Source of the DNA: Lama guanicoe
Lineage: Eukaryota
Direction: 5' to 3'
Assembly (NCBI GenBank): GCA_013239625.1
Contig: MU053352.1
Span: 479,485-543,484, forward strand
DNA length: 64,000 nucleotides
The position numbers were made by a program, and so were the translations under genes. The notes beneath the pieces are model-generated. The model searched no databases and had not been told where the DNA came from. It was given only the letters and a program-made list of their open reading frames with translations. This document shows positions 1 through 13,788 of this stretch, piece by piece (position 1 is the stretch's first letter; each line of letters starts with the position of its first letter).

Positions 1-44
1 TAACCTCTGGTAACTGAACCTCCTAGTTTAGTTTACTTAAAAAA

Positions 45-1200
45 TTTTTGTTGTTGAGATAGAATTCACATACGTAAACTTCTCCCCTTTTAAAGTGTAC
101 CACTTAGTGGTTCTTAATAAATTCACAAAGTTGTACTACCATGACTGCTATCTAATTCCAGAATATTTTCAGCACTGCAAACAAAAACTCTGTTCCCATT
201 TGCAATCACCCCCTCTTGCCCCCTTCCCCCAGCCCCTGGCAACCATTAACCTGCTTTTTGACTCTGGATTTACCTATTACGAATATTGCATATAAATGGA
301 ATCATATAACATGTGGCTTTTTGTGTCTGGCTTCTTTCACTTAACAGTGTCTTCAAGGTTCATGTTGTACTGTGTATCAGTACTTGATTCCTTTTTGTTG
401 CTAAATATTCCATCTTATATGTTTACCGTATTTTGTTTATCCACTCATCAGTTGGTAGATACATGGGTTGTTTAAACTTGTGGACTACTGTGCATAAGGC
501 TGCTGTGAGCATTCGTGTACAAGGTTTTTGCCTGAAAAGAATTTTTTCAGTTCTTTGGTGTATACCTAGGAGTGAAATTGCTGGGTCACGCAGTGACTGT
601 GTTTAACTTTCTGAGGAACTGCAACCATTTTCCACAGCAGCTGTACATTTCCATTCCCATCAGCAATGTTAGAAGGTTCCAGTTTCTTCATATCCTTGTC
701 AATAACTTATTTTCCTTTTTTAAACAGCCATCCCAGTAGACGTGGAGTGGTATCTCACTGTGGTATTTGCCTGATGACTAACGATGTTACACAAATGGCC
801 AAAATGAAAGATGTTTATCTTTGGAGAGAAATCTTTGATATTTTTTTTTTACCTGGTTTAAATTGGGTTGTTGTGTTGTATGAGTTTTGTCTATATTTTG
901 GCTTCTAGACCCTTATCAGATAGATGATTTGTAAATTTTTTTTCTGTCCTGTAGGTTGTTTTTTCACTTTCTTGATAGTGTCATATGAAGCATGAAAGTT
1001 TCTAAATTTGAAGTCAGATTTACTTATTTTTTTTCCTTTGGTTGCTCAGCCTTTTGGTGTCATAGTTAAATAACATTGCTTAATCCAAGGTCATGAAGAT
1101 TTACACATACGTTTTCTTCTAAGAGTTTTACAGTCATAGCTCTAATGTTTAGGTCTTTGATACATTTTGAGTTAATTTTTGCATATGGTATGAGGTAGTG
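45..1200 (-). mobile_element. Old L1M-type LINE 3' portion
   Basis: Typical antisense L1 ORF2/3'UTR text (tggcttctttcactta, atacctaggagtgaaattgctgggtca, ccttatcagatagatgatttg). Confidence 0.8.
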
Positions 1201-2679
1201 GTAAACTTTTTTTTTTGGAACAGTTCTAGATTTACAGAAAAGCTAGGAAAATAGTAGAGTTCTTGTAAACCCCTCACCCAGTTTTCTTTATTAGTATCTT
1301 CCATTAGTGTGGTACATTTGTTACAATTAACAATATTGATACATTGTAATTAACTGAAGTCCATATTTTATTCACATTTCCTTAATTTTAAACTAATGTT
1401 CTTCTGTTCCAGAAGTCCATCCAGGGTACCATGCTACATTGCACTGTCATCTCTCCTTAGTCTCCTTAGTTCCCTTTTTTATAAGGCTGTTTGTTACCTT
1501 TGTTTAAATATTTTTTGATCCCTATAAATAGAACATTTGGTCCTTCAACATGTTTGTGGCTGTGTTAAAATGTCAATTTTTCCAAGTTGACTCCTAAATA
1601 AATACATAAAATCAGAGTTTTGGCAAACAGCTGTAGTAATAAATAGAGAACACCTATCACTTGGACTCCCTATTATAATTTGGAGCCCCATTGTTTAGCA
1701 ACTTTTTGTACATTGAGAATATACATATTTAAGCATGAAATATATTGCCCTTGGTTTAATAGTATACTAGGGTTTTTAGTTTAATATTTGGATTTGAGGG
1801 TGATGGAGTAAGGGGATATGTAATTATCTTTGGGTTGCTTTTATTATCAGAAAATTGCTTTCCTTTTTTTCTGTAGTGTATGTATAACCATTTCCTATAT
1901 TGCAAGGTCCTTCCTGTTTTTACTGGAAAATGTTTTAAGCCCTACTGTTGTTAGGAATTCTGTATTGTTACATCTGCTGCCTTCACAACTACTGTTGATC
2001 TATCCACCCCACGCCCTACCACCAAATTTGTGTCACGTGTGCCCCGCTGACACTTGTTTGCCCTGCAGATTTCATTGGACTTCAGTCTCCACTGTCAATT
2101 TGCAGGTGATATGTCAGTGCTTTGACAATTTTTTCAGAATTTTGAGTAGCCTCTAGACATTGTCTTAAATTTTGAATTTTGTTTATCTCAGACTTCTAAA
2201 TTTCTCTAGGTATTTCTACCCAAATAATAAGACGTAATTCATAAATTAAACCCTAGATAACTGTAAATGCCTGGTTGATATTCTGGTTTTAAAACTAAAA
2301 TGTTTTCCAGTTCTAGGGCATATTGCTATCATGGAGAAGACATTTAGGCACCTCAGGTGTCTGAAAACAGAGTGGTGTGGTTTCATAGCATGCTTACATG
2401 CAGTGACTCCTGTGGGCTGGGAGTAAACCTATCCCTCCATGTGTACCCTGCGACATGGGAAGCAGTTGTCAGAGAAGCAGCAGGCATTCTGTCGTGAGGC
2501 CTATGACGGGGTGCTAGAGAGGTCACGCACGGTGACTTTGCAAAGCAGTTGTAGAACTTTACTAGTACTGAAAGTTTGAGGATTGCTTTTTCACTTTGTT
2601 GTGAAGATGGTTATTTAAAAAGAGGCATTGGTTGTGTGTATATGCATGTATGTGAGCAGGTGTGCGTGTGCGCACATAA

Positions 2680-4060
2680 ATACCTACAGGTATTTCCTAG
2701 TTCTGCTGAAAGGGCCTAGACGCAAATGAGGATAGCCAGGTCTCAGGTCTTGATTTCGTACACCATTCCCCACTTACAAGAACTAGGATTTCTCAGAGAA
2801 ATGACAGAGTCTGGGGAGAGGACAGGATGGGTACAAAATAAGACAGATAGTAAGGAAGTGCTTTTTAAAAAAATGATGGAGCATGTCAAAAGGATACAGG
2901 GGCCAACTTGAAGAGGCTCTCAATGTGAGCACCATAATAATTAAGGACATTGATGAATTAAAGACCATTGGAAAAACTGGGAATCTATGAGCCCATGCCA
3001 GTAATGAATAGGTAAAGAAACAGAGAAGGGAGGGCTTGTGTGTACGGGGCAATGCCAAGTGCTGACTGGTAATTGTGGAAGGAGGCCTGCAGTTGGAAAA
3101 TCAAGATTGGTTTGGCTGAGAATCACCAATAGGTGCTAAATTTAGGGGGAAACTTTGATGAAAGCTATACCAATTGCAAGTTTTAAAGTTGTAATTACAG
3201 AGTAAAACTGGAGAATACTTTGGCTGAGTGGTCAAAGTTAACATCACTAATGGGGGCAGATGGACGATGTAGGCGTCCAGAGGTGATACTGTGAGTGGAC
3301 ATCTCTTAGGTTAGTGTTCTGCTGCAGAGATGCTTAGCCTCCGTCTAATCATGAAACATTAGACAAACCCAAAATGAATAATGTTCTATTAAAAAACAAA
3401 AAGTAGGCCGTATTCTTTAGAAATGCTGATGTCATCAAAGACAAAGGAAGTTGTAGAAATGTTCCAGATTAAAGACCAAAGAGACATGACAACCAGTATC
3501 TGGTTCTAGGCTGGATCTTGTATTAGATTCTAATAAAAGGTGATATAAGGGAGATTATTGGGTCAGTTGACAAAATTGGAATCCAGAGGGAGAGATTAGG
3601 TAGGTGTTACTGGTTATATAAAACCGACAGCACTTCTCAACCCGGTTCTGCTGACGTGAGTGAGCCCTTTTGCCCAAGACTCCACTGAATGTAATGGATT
3701 CACTTCTCTCCTATGCATCTAAAATGATACTGACCAAGTAAAATCTTTGGGAGAGTGGAAATATAGTCTCCCACGTTATTTTCTATAGGGATTAATTCTC
3801 TCATGGAACTGGAAAAAAATGGCTGTGAAAGAATATCCTCATTCTTAAGAAATAGGCGCTAAAGTGTTTAGGGGTACAGGACTAAAACTTGTGCAATTTA
3901 CCCTTAAATGGTCCCTCCCACCCTCCAAAAAAAAAATTATGTATGGAGAGTCCAAATGGTAAAGCACATAGAGGCAGGGCAGGGAGATGTTTACAACAGG
4001 CAAATCAGATAAATGGTATATGGGTGTTTTGGGTGGTTTTACTATGTATTAAAAAATAAA
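2680..4060 (+). mobile_element. Degraded L1MC/MD-like 3' fragments
   Basis: tatttcctagttctgctgaaagggcctaga, ggtcaaagttaacatcac, gagacatgacaacc; similar text at 37.2, 47.3 and 61.2 kb. Confidence 0.55.
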
Positions 4061-4204
4061 TCTGTCCCCTTACAAACTGGTATCTAACGTATTTAAGAGT
4101 AGTCAGGTTAGCTGAAGGTTTTATGTGAGCCTGAAGTTTCCATGCCTCGATCAGAGTGTTGTGGAATACATTATTGGACAGAAATTTATGAGAGAATGTG
4201 TTTT

Positions 4205-4333
4205 TTTTCAACATTTTTTATTGAGTTATAGTCATTTTACAATGTTGTGTCAAATTCCAGTGTAGAGCACAATTTTTCAGTTACACAAGAACATACACAT
4301 ATTCATTGTCACATTTTTTTTTTTGCTGTGAGA
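4205..4333 (-). mobile_element. Young 5'-truncated L1 3' end with 15-bp TSD
   Basis: GAGAGAATGTGTTTT at 4190-4204 and 4334-4348; T-run followed by ttttttattg; same family as 40474-40720. Confidence 0.85.
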
Positions 4334-4578
4334 GAGAGAATGTGTTTTAGCAAGAAACTGATCACTACTAAGTCACTTGCCAGTTCTGCTTGAGCTTCTT
4401 GTAAGAACCTTAAACTTACTCTTACTCTGGTCCTTCCTGGAAAAAATCAGGGTGTAAATAAATAAGAACTATGTGAAATGTTTGAGGTAGACACTCAGTT
4501 ACTGAGAACAAAAATAAGTTGAAATTGTGTGGCCTAAGAAATATTGTTCAAAAACCACCATTTGATTTCTCTTTCTAG

Positions 4579-4652
4579 GAGGAGCTCTTGGATATAAAAG
4601 AACGCCCTCATTCCAAACAGAGGCCCTCATGCCTCTCTGAAAAATACGACAG
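4579..4652 (+). CDS. EIF4ENIF1: EIF4ENIF1 (4E-T) exon 3, EELLDIKERPHSKQRPSCLSEKYD(S); second half of the eIF4E-binding YxxxxLL motif
   Basis: tttctag|GAG acceptor, AG|gtattt donor, 74 nt; translation matches the 4E-T N-terminus. Confidence 0.95.
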
Positions 4653-5311
4653 GTATTTGGGGGGTGAACTTCTTGTTACACCAAATTTATTAAATTAAGA
4701 ATTGTATCGTTTTGCTAGAATTACGAGTGAGGAGATTTCAGGGGCAATGACGTTGGGCTTCCACACAAACAAATTGCTCTTAAGCTATGAACATGACCAA
4801 ACTGCATCTCGCTGCATTGTCTTCATCAGTTTCTTTACTCCTTTAAACCATTATTCAAAGATTTGAGCTGCAAGGAGCTCTAAGGACAACTAAACCAATA
4901 TTCTTTCAACTAACTGGTTTTGAAACTAAAACTAGAAAATAACTTGGTCAAAGGCACATAGTCAGAAAGCAAAATGAAGACTTGAACACAGGAGTCCTCA
5001 CCAGGGTCTCCTCTCTCCCCGTGGTTTTTCACACTGTGCTTTGCGGGTCCTCCTCCAAGGGCCTGTCTGGGGTGGGCGGATCAGGAGGACTCTGAGCCTC
5101 ATCAGTTCCCCACCCCCTAAACGAACAGTTCAGCCATTCAGATTACCCCCTTTACATCGTGGGCTCCTTCATAAGAGGTAGAAGGCTTTGGTTTGAGAAG
5201 ACCATAGCTAAAAGTGGTCTGCAGTCTCTTACAATATCCCTACATTGCACTCCTTATGATTATCTTAAGACTTTAAGGTTACTTAAATATCAAGGGAAAT
5301 GGTTCATACTG

Positions 5312-5392
5312 GTTTTTTGTTTTTTGGTGGGGGAAGGTAATTGGGTTTACTTATTTATTCTTAGAGGAAGTACTGGGAATTGAACCCATGGC
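5312..5392 (-). mobile_element. tRNA-derived SINE (Vic-1-like), partial
   Basis: gaggaagtactgggaattgaaccca plus AT-rich tail. Confidence 0.75.
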
Positions 5393-6754
5393 CCTCATTT
5401 TTTTTTTAACATAAGGTGTCTTTAATTTTTTGATTGAATAGAATATGCTTTTTAAATTTTGTACATGGACTGTTTAGAAGGTTGCTAAATCTAGACTTCT
5501 CACAACTTTTCCCTGATGAAAGTGTACTTGAATAATAACTGTTCCAGTTGGTTCGGATTTTTTGCTAAGTCTCAGATAAGCTTTTTTTTTTTCTTTCATG
5601 TTAAAGCAGTAAAGCTTTTTTATGCCTCAAATTGAATTTTCTTGCTACAACTATTTTCTTCTTGGCATAAAATAAAGTTATCATGGGCACACATACTTTT
5701 ATTCTGAAGTGGAAACATTGTGCCTAATAATAGTAATGAAAATAAGAGAAATGGAGGAGAGAGTTTCTCATTCTGCTCTTTCTCTTAGAGAACTAAAATT
5801 TGTTGGGTTCTTAAACTCCAAGTAAGCAATCCTCACAACCACACTAGAAGATAGGTAATACCTCCTTCATTGTGTGTTTGAGAGGTTTACTCACCTTTTC
5901 TAGAAATGTTTAGCTGCTGCCTGCTGTGTGGCAGCTGCTGCGTCGGATGCTGTCAGATACTGTTGGCATGGAACCAGGTCTGTGGGAGGACACAGTCAAA
6001 TACTCGTGCGAGTTTATCATTACCGCCAGCACAGGTTGTGAGGGACACGGGCCGAGTGCAGTGATGGTGTGTAGCACAGCCTGGTGTGACCTGGGGGTGA
6101 GGAAGCCCTTTCTGTAGCAGACTGAAGGGCATAGCTCAGTAATGTGTCCAGGATGTCCCTGGTGGTGATGGCAGAGCTAGAATTTGGTACCAGGTCCTTG
6201 GGCTCCAAAGCTTCTGCTCTGCCCACCTGCCACCCAGCCATCAGAGAGGCAGTACCAAAATAAAACCCAAGCCATACGTTTTGGGCTCTTAAGAGCTATC
6301 TGTCCTACTTCTGGGAGAAACTGAGATTATACCTATAAATTCTGGAAAAATACACACCAACCATTCCAGAAGCCACTTGTAGTGAGAGGATTAAGGGTTT
6401 TTTCCCTCCTTGTACTAATCTTCAATGAACTTGAGTTATCATTGTTTATGAAGCATTTCTGTATATAGGACAGGCATAGGTACTGTGAACAACAAGGTTT
6501 GTGGTCTGAATGTTTCATTTACACACAGACCGTTGGTTTTCAAATGACTGTTGCTGTTATGTGAGCAACAACAAAGTGCTACTGAAATTATTAGTTGTTT
6601 TCGTCTTGAAAGAGGTAATCATTCTGATGGCATCCATGAAGTTTTATATTGGAAAGGGATTTCCATAACTTACTAACTGAAGAAGTTTAGAAATTAGGCT
6701 ACGTATGTAGTTCACGAATGCAAGTGCTAACTGTTGTCACCCTTTGACTTGCAG

Positions 6755-6882
6755 TGATGGTGTCTGGGACCCTGAGAAGTGGCATGCCTCCCTCTACCCA
6801 GCTTCCGGGCGGAGCTCACCAGTGGAAAGTCTGAAGAAAGAGTTGGATACAGACCGGCCTTCCTTGGTGCGCAGGATAGTAG
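6755..6882 (+). CDS. EIF4ENIF1: EIF4ENIF1 exon 4 (DGVWDPEKWHASLYP...RRIV), non-canonical eIF4E-binding region
   Basis: ttgcag| acceptor, G|gtacgc donor, 128 nt; inside ORF 6744..6941. Confidence 0.96.
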
Positions 6883-7899
6883 GTACGCACAGTCACTCAG
6901 ATGCAGGCAGCAATTTTGGAGACGATGCTCTTTGCTGCTGACTTCATTCTCAGCTGTGTGAGTTTTATGCATTGGGAGACAGTGTCATTATTAGGAAACT
7001 GACTTGACAATTGGATTTTTTCTGATTAGCTACCAGAGTAAAATCATAGCCTTCCTGTACAGCAGTGGTGAGTGGGCTGTACTGGGCTTTGTGCTTTCAT
7101 GATAAAGGAACCGATGTCTTTCATTGATGTGAATAACTGAGTGAGGTGTGGTAGGGAGCGAAAAGCTGCCCATGTTTAGTCTCATGTGAGACTCGTCCTC
7201 AGGTGTAAATCAATTCTGGCAATTCTTAACTCACAGTGGATTGTGATCTGAATGCCGGGTTTGGGTATGGTTTGAAACTGGAGTAAAGCTTGATCTTCCA
7301 TACCTTTACCCCTTTAAAATAGAACAGATTCTGCTGAGTGAAATGGAGCCCTGGCTATATAGAAGCCGTCAAAGAACTTGTTAGATGAGGACCTCCTCTT
7401 GAGATGAGCGGAAGACCCATCATAAAGCAAACTTGGAACTGAGCAAAGAAGATGGGGTGACTATAGCTTGAGCTGTAAGACCTTCTACACAGTTTGTCAG
7501 TACATGTAGTGCAGTGATGTCTCTTGAGCAAAGAATTTATTCTAACAGAATCATTAAAGATGTGCAGAGACTTTATTAAAAAGATGAAAACTTAGCAACC
7601 TAGATATTCAGCAGTAGAAATGAATGGAGTAAACTTTGGTTCATCCATACGTAGGAGTACATTGTTCAGCTGTTAAAACATTGGAGACGTGTTTACCAAG
7701 TTATACAACATTGTCCATGTTGTATCTTATTTAAAAAAAAAAAGATACTACATGGAAATTCTAAATTGCATACCAAAACATTTTAGGAAGTGTTTCTGGT
7801 GAGAGAATTAAAGGTTTTCCTCATTTGGACTTTTATTTAGTTTTCTGACTGTCCTAGGAAGAAATTGTGTGTGTGTGGTGACATGTTTATTTTTCTTAC

Positions 7900-9210
7900 A
7901 CCTTTATTGAGAGAAAATTGGCATACAGTAGGTGGCACATAAAGTGTACCATTTGATGACTTGTGTATACATCATGAAACCATTGGCACAATTGAAGTAA
8001 TAAGCATTTCCATCACCACTAAAAGTCTCCTAGTACCTGCTGCGTCCTTCCTCACACTTCCCCAGGGGAGGCACTGGTCTACTTTCTGTCACTATGGTTT
8101 ACGTTTCCTAGGATTTAATATAAATGGAACTATAGAGTATATACTCTGGGTAGTTTCGTTCACTCAGGATCATTGTTTTCAGCTTCATGTTGTTGGGTGT
8201 ATAAATAGTTCGTTCCTTTTTATTGCCTGGTAGTATTCCATTGTATGGATTTGCCACCGTTGATGGACGTTTGGGTTGTTTCAGTTTTTGACCAAAACTA
8301 CTTTGAACATTGGTGTAGAAGTCTCTGTATAGATATATGCTTTAACGTTTTGAGAAGCTGTCAAGCTGTTTTCTGAAGTGGGTGTACCATTTCACATTTC
8401 CACCAGAAGTGTATGAGAGTTCCACTTCACATCCTTACCAGCACTTGGAATGGTCAGTCATTTTTATTTCAGCCATTCTGATAGGTGTATTGTGGTATCG
8501 CGTTATTGTTTAATTTCATTTCCCTAAAGAATAATGTTGAATATCTTTTCATGTACTTGTTTGCCATCCATGTATTTTCTTTGGGAAATGTTTATTCAAA
8601 CCATTTATCCATTTTTGTTTTTGTTTGAGTTTTTAAGAGTTTTTCCTTTTTCTCTTTTAAGAGATTTCACGATTTTTTTTTAATCCTCCATTTGTGCTTT
8701 TTTTCCCCTTGGTGGGGGTAGGTAATTGTAATTAGGTTTAGTTGCCTGTTTGATGGAGGTATGGGAAATTGAACCCAGAACCTCGTGCATGCTAACTAAG
8801 CATGTGCTCCACCACTGAGCTATACCCTCCCCCACTTAAGGGTTTTTATTTATACTGGATACAGGTCCTTTACCAGATGCATGCCTTTGAAATGTGTTCT
8901 CCCAGTCTGTGACTTGTGTCTGCATTTCTCTGAACAATACCTTTCAAAGAGCAGTTTTAAATCTTGAAGCCCAGTTTATCATTTTTTTAAATGAATTGTT
9001 TTCTTGGTGTTGTGCCCAAGAAAACTTTACTAACCCAATGTCACAGAGATTTTCTCCATATTTTCTTCTAGAAGTTTTATATAGTTCTAGGTGTTATGTG
9101 TATAATCCATTTTGAGTTAATTTTTGTATATGGTAGTAGGTATGAATTCAAGTCATTTTTTTGGCATGTGGATATCCACCTATTCAACACCGTTTGTTGA
9201 AGAGACATTT
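7900..9210 (-). mobile_element. Old L1M 3' portion, interrupted by a SINE
   Basis: Antisense L1 text homologous to 45-1200. Confidence 0.8.
8700..8833 (-). mobile_element. tRNA-derived SINE (Vic-1-like)
   Basis: gaacccagaacctcgtgcatgcta...ccactgagctataccctcccc. Confidence 0.85.
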
Positions 9211-9546
9211 TAACTTTTTAAGTAGTTACTGTTTGAAATATTGATACTTACTCTAGTTTATTAGTTGACTAAACATTTGCTAATAATTACCTAGGTAAGG
9301 ACTTAGTCAAAATAAAGGGATTGTGATTAATCATGGAAAATCACTTATTATGAGGTACACTTATTTCTCCAAAGAGAAGAAGGCTCAGTCAGTCTTCTTT
9401 GAAGAGGTAATGTACATGTTACTCGGTAGCTGCTTTAGTGGTGACTTTTCTATTACCCCCACGGCCACCAGTCATGGACAGACCACCTGAGGAGCAAAAG
9501 TGCCCTTGCTGGTTTGCTTAACTTTCTTTTTCCGGCATCTTTCCAG

Positions 9547-9833
9547 ATCCACGGGAGCGTGTGAAAGAAGATGACTTAGACGTTGTTCTCAGCCCGCAGA
9601 GACGAAGCTTCGGAGGGGGCTGCCACGTAACAGCTGCCACTAGCTCCCGGCGCTCAGGAAGCCCGCTGGAGAAAGACACTGATGGGCTCCGCCTGCTTGG
9701 TGGACGAAGGATTGGCAGTGGAAGGATAATCTCTGCTCGGACCTTTGAGAAGGATCACCGTCTTAGCGATAAGGACCTGCGGGACTTGAGGGACAGAGAC
9801 CGAGAGAGGGACTACAAGGACAAGCGTTTCAGG
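9547..9833 (+). CDS. EIF4ENIF1: EIF4ENIF1 exon 5 (PRERVKEDDLDVVLSPQRRSFGGGC...DKRFR)
   Basis: ttccag| acceptor, AGG|gtttgt donor, 287 nt; ORF 9561..9896. Confidence 0.96.
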
Positions 9834-10067
9834 GTTTGTCTTCTCGATCCTCTGGCACCTCACGTGTTCACCACGTTTCTTTGTGATGCTGGGTGAACGT
9901 AGCCCATTCTTAAGCCAGAGAGAGCTGGGGGTGGGGAGGTGCTCCAGGTCTACAGCAAAGGGCGTTCATTGATCTACTGAGTAGTATTTCATTCACTAAG
10001 ACCTGATTGAGGTAGAAATGCCTTAACTAGAATCTTATTTTTTATCTTGCATTGTGTACTTTTCCAG

Positions 10068-10269
10068 AGGGAGTTTGGGGATAGTAAGCGTGTCTTTGGT
10101 GAGCGTAGAAGAAATGATTCCTACACGGAAGAAGAACCAGAGTGGTTCTCAGCTGGACCGACCAGTCAGTCTGAAACCATTGAGCTGACTGGCTTTGATG
10201 ATAAGATACTGGAAGAAGATCATAAGGGGAGAAAAAGAACAAGGCGACGGACAGCCTCTGTGAAGGAAG
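10068..10269 (+). CDS. EIF4ENIF1: EIF4ENIF1 exon 6, containing the Cup-homology (DDX6-binding) motif EEEPEWFSAGPTSQSETIELTGF
   Basis: ttccag| acceptor, AAG|gtcagc donor, 202 nt; ORF 10047..10313. Confidence 0.97.
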
Positions 10270-10589
10270 GTCAGCAAAAACTTCGGGGAGGGAAGCTCAC
10301 TGCTCTCAGATGAGATGTGCTTATAATTGGCTTAATCGTACACTTAGGAGTGGAAACCAGTTGTTAAAAAGTGGCAAGTTTTTAATGTTGAAGCCTGATT
10401 TTGAAACTGCTTCCTAAGTGTGGATTCACTGTGTGTAGCTTGTACTGTTTCTTTCAACTTTTCTGCCTGTAGAGCTAAACAGAAAAATCTCACATTACCC
10501 AGTAAGAGCAGTGTGAACTCATAAGGGTTCCACAGAGGTAAGTGCATGTGGTAGAAATAACGACGGGTCTCGTTTATTGAGAACATGTG

Positions 10590-10780
10590 TACTGGACACA
10601 GTGGTGAGTGTTTTGTCCATATACTGCTTCTCCTAACATCTACTGTGAGGTAGGTGCTGTTGGGCCCATCTTACAGATGAGCAAATAGAGGCACGTGGGG
10701 CTTCTGTGACTTGTCTTTGGACACTGAGAAAGTGAATGGTGAAGCTGGAGTTGAACAGGATGCTTGTGCTTCAGAGCCCA
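10590..10780 (+). mobile_element. MIR-like SINE remnant
   Basis: ctgtgaggtaggtgctgtt..cccatcttacagatgag core-like text. Confidence 0.55.
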
Positions 10781-13612
10781 TGGTGTTGGGCCCTCCCTTA
10801 GGTCAGCTGGTTGTTTCTTGGCTTCTCCCAAACTTGCTTTCTCAGGTGTCTCCTTCGCTAAACTGAAGAAGCCAGAGCTAATGTGTGCGGGGTGCCTGGT
10901 GCAGGGTGGAAGCCCACTAGCCGTGTGCCAGGCTGTGCCTGGCTCTCAGGTGGCCAGCCCTGCGCTAGTGAAGAGCCAGGTGGGTGACTTGGGAGACTTT
11001 GCTGTTAAACTGCCTCTGAGGTGTGCCCTTGTCTCATTCTCAGTCAGGCTAAAGCAGCACTGGCCAGTGTGGTCTTTTCACCTCATGGTAAAGGTCTGGC
11101 TTCTGGTAAGAAAAAGCCCGTGCTTTTTTTAACAGCTGAAATCTGAATTCCAGCCATTCTTGTTTCAACAGAGGAGGAACCAAAAGTATCAAAATAGATA
11201 AATAGTGTCACCTCCTCACCTTATAGATGCAAAAAGAGGTAATAGGCCTGAGGTGACAACTGAGACCCTGTCACGCAGGTTCCATGGCAGAGTCTCGAGT
11301 GGAACCCAGGGGGCCTGGCTCACTTGCCCCACTGGTTGATTGCAGAAGGTCCCTAGGCTGCCCTAGCTACTGTATTTAAGATAAACAAGTACTCTCGTTT
11401 CATCTTGGCTGCAAGAATGAAGAGGGGGTGGTGATGAGTTCCTTTGAGTCCTTTTTTGTGTCTGTATTCCAGTTTTCCATTGAACTCAGCCTGTAGAATT
11501 CCCTGCAGGCACACAGTAGTGCTGGGAGCTTAGCAGTGAACGAGACAGACATTTTCCTTGCCTGCATGATTTTAAAATGTGTGTGTTGAACACCCACTCT
11601 ACAGGGCCCAGTACTAGGTGTTGTATGTATGGTGATGAATGAAACAATTTGAATATGAGTCACGTTTATAAACCAAAAAACTACATAAAAGGAGGAAATG
11701 GTTAAAACCCTCCATTGATAGAAAAGTTTAATTTGCATTCTCTCCAGTGAAAGTATATGCTCATTCTGAAAAGGGATATAACGTGCCCTTAATCATCTTT
11801 CCTGGGTCCCTGGCTTTTGAGACTATCGTAATAAATGGCCAGTTGTGTTTGTCTGCTAATGCGTATTCCTATCCGCTCTCAGTTGTCAAGCCCAGTTTGC
11901 TCTCAAGCTGGCATAAAATTACATCTGGAACACTCTTGCTGCTTTCAGGAGCCTTCATCTGTTGAGAGATGTCCTCATCTCAACACAAAATAAGAGTATA
12001 GGAGAAAGTTTCTTTTGTAAGTGTATGAACCGAGCACCGACTCTTTTCCAGCTCTCATCCTTAAGTGAGGGCAACACAGCTGCAGCAGTGTATGTGGCTC
12101 GTCACTCCTGAAGTGTCCAGGCAGGTTCTGGTGGATAAAGTGGGTTCAGAAGAAGCTCTGCTCTAGTGGAAAAGGACACAAATGACATTGATTAGGCTGT
12201 TAAGTTGTCTACCTTTTCCAGGGTTTCTTTGTCTGTAAAATGAGGAAAGTTATCTCCACCAAAGCAGTCATTGTAGTTACATGTCAGTCTTTAAGGAACA
12301 GCACCTGCCTCTGCTGGTTGGCAGTAAGCATGTGCTGACCCACGGGGGAGGCTGCCCGTAGTAGCCTTGTCCATGGCTCCCAAATGTGCCAGCCTGGGTG
12401 GAAGAGTGCTGCTGGCCTTCCAGGGCTGAAGATTCTGCCACCTGCTAGCTTTGAGACCTTGGGTGAGCAAGCCACTTGGCCTCTCAGTTCTTGTAGTCCC
12501 CTGCCTTGCTGTCTAGCTCTTTGAAGTGTTATTGGAATGAAGGCAGATGATAGCATTTAACCTCTCTTTGTCTGGAATATTTTGGCTGAATAATACGAAG
12601 ACTGTGGTCCTGTTGGGGACTTCTGAGAAGCGATGGGTCCAGATTTTGGCATTGTTTTTTAGGAGAACTTCATGTCGGCTGTGATCTTGAAACTACAGGC
12701 AGCTTTTATGTAGGTGCTTTTGCTGGGTGGAGCTTTAGGAGTTCTGTTTTTCAAATTAAAAAGTTGATTATCCAGTATTTTCCAGTGCATTTAAATTTTA
12801 AAAGAAAAAAGTTTATTTTTATCCAAAGGATCTTGCTTTTTGCCCATCCTCTGGCTAGAACTAACATGTTAGTGTCCTCAAACATTAGCACTTGGTAGCT
12901 TCACTTAAGAACTCACCTTCTCATCCTAACAACAACCAGATGTTACTGAACTTTAAATGTACCAGGCACTACAGAGTAAGACAAAGCTGATTAGAGCAGC
13001 TTAACCTGCCCTCAGAAAGTTCAGTCCCACAGACGGTTACCATAACAAAGTGCAATAAGTACTCAGAGAGAACAGATCATAGAGAAGGTGGTGATTTATT
13101 TTGCTGGCAGGCCAGCTTCCCAGTAGAGGTGACATTTGAGCTTTGCCTTGAAGGATGAACTGCAATCTGTAGGCAAGTGAAAACTGACTTTGTGCTGTTT
13201 CACGTAAATACCTCAGGTTGCTGACCCCGACTTAACGTGGTGATGCAGAGGCGTGAGTGAAAGCAGAGCCAAATTGGTTCCATTTTTAAGCAGTAAGAGA
13301 CTCTCAAAGGCTATTTTAAAAAAAAAAATCACATTAGAAAAAAAAATTCACTACTGTATAGAAAACGAAGAATGGACAGAGGAGGGACCGTAATCCCACG
13401 TCGTGTTGGTGTTCTGGCTTGTTATTAAGGCTTTTTCCCTCCGCCAGCTCCCATAAGAAGGGAGCTGTTTTACTGCTGCCCGTCCTGTACCAGCACGAGA
13501 AGTCTGCTTTCAGAGTCATCTGTGTCTCTTCTGCATGCATGGTGACTGAGGCCACAGAGTAAGTCTGGAGTGGTTTGCTTGATCAGACTCTTTGTCCTGG
13601 TTTTGCTTTCAG

Positions 13613-13788
13613 GCATAGTCGAGTGCAATGGAGGCGTGGCCGAAGAGGATGAGGTGGAGGTCATCCTCGCGCAGGAGCCTGCTGCTGATCAGGAGGTGCC
13701 GAGGGACGCCGTCTTGCCCGAGCAGTCCCCAGGAGAATTTGACTTTAATGAGTTCTTTAACCTTGATAAGGTGCCGTGCTTGGCTTCG
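13613..13788 (+). CDS. EIF4ENIF1: EIF4ENIF1 exon 7 (IVECNGGVAEEDEVEV...FDFNEFFNLDKVPCLAS)
   Basis: tttcag| acceptor, TCG|gtgagt donor, 176 nt. Confidence 0.96.
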
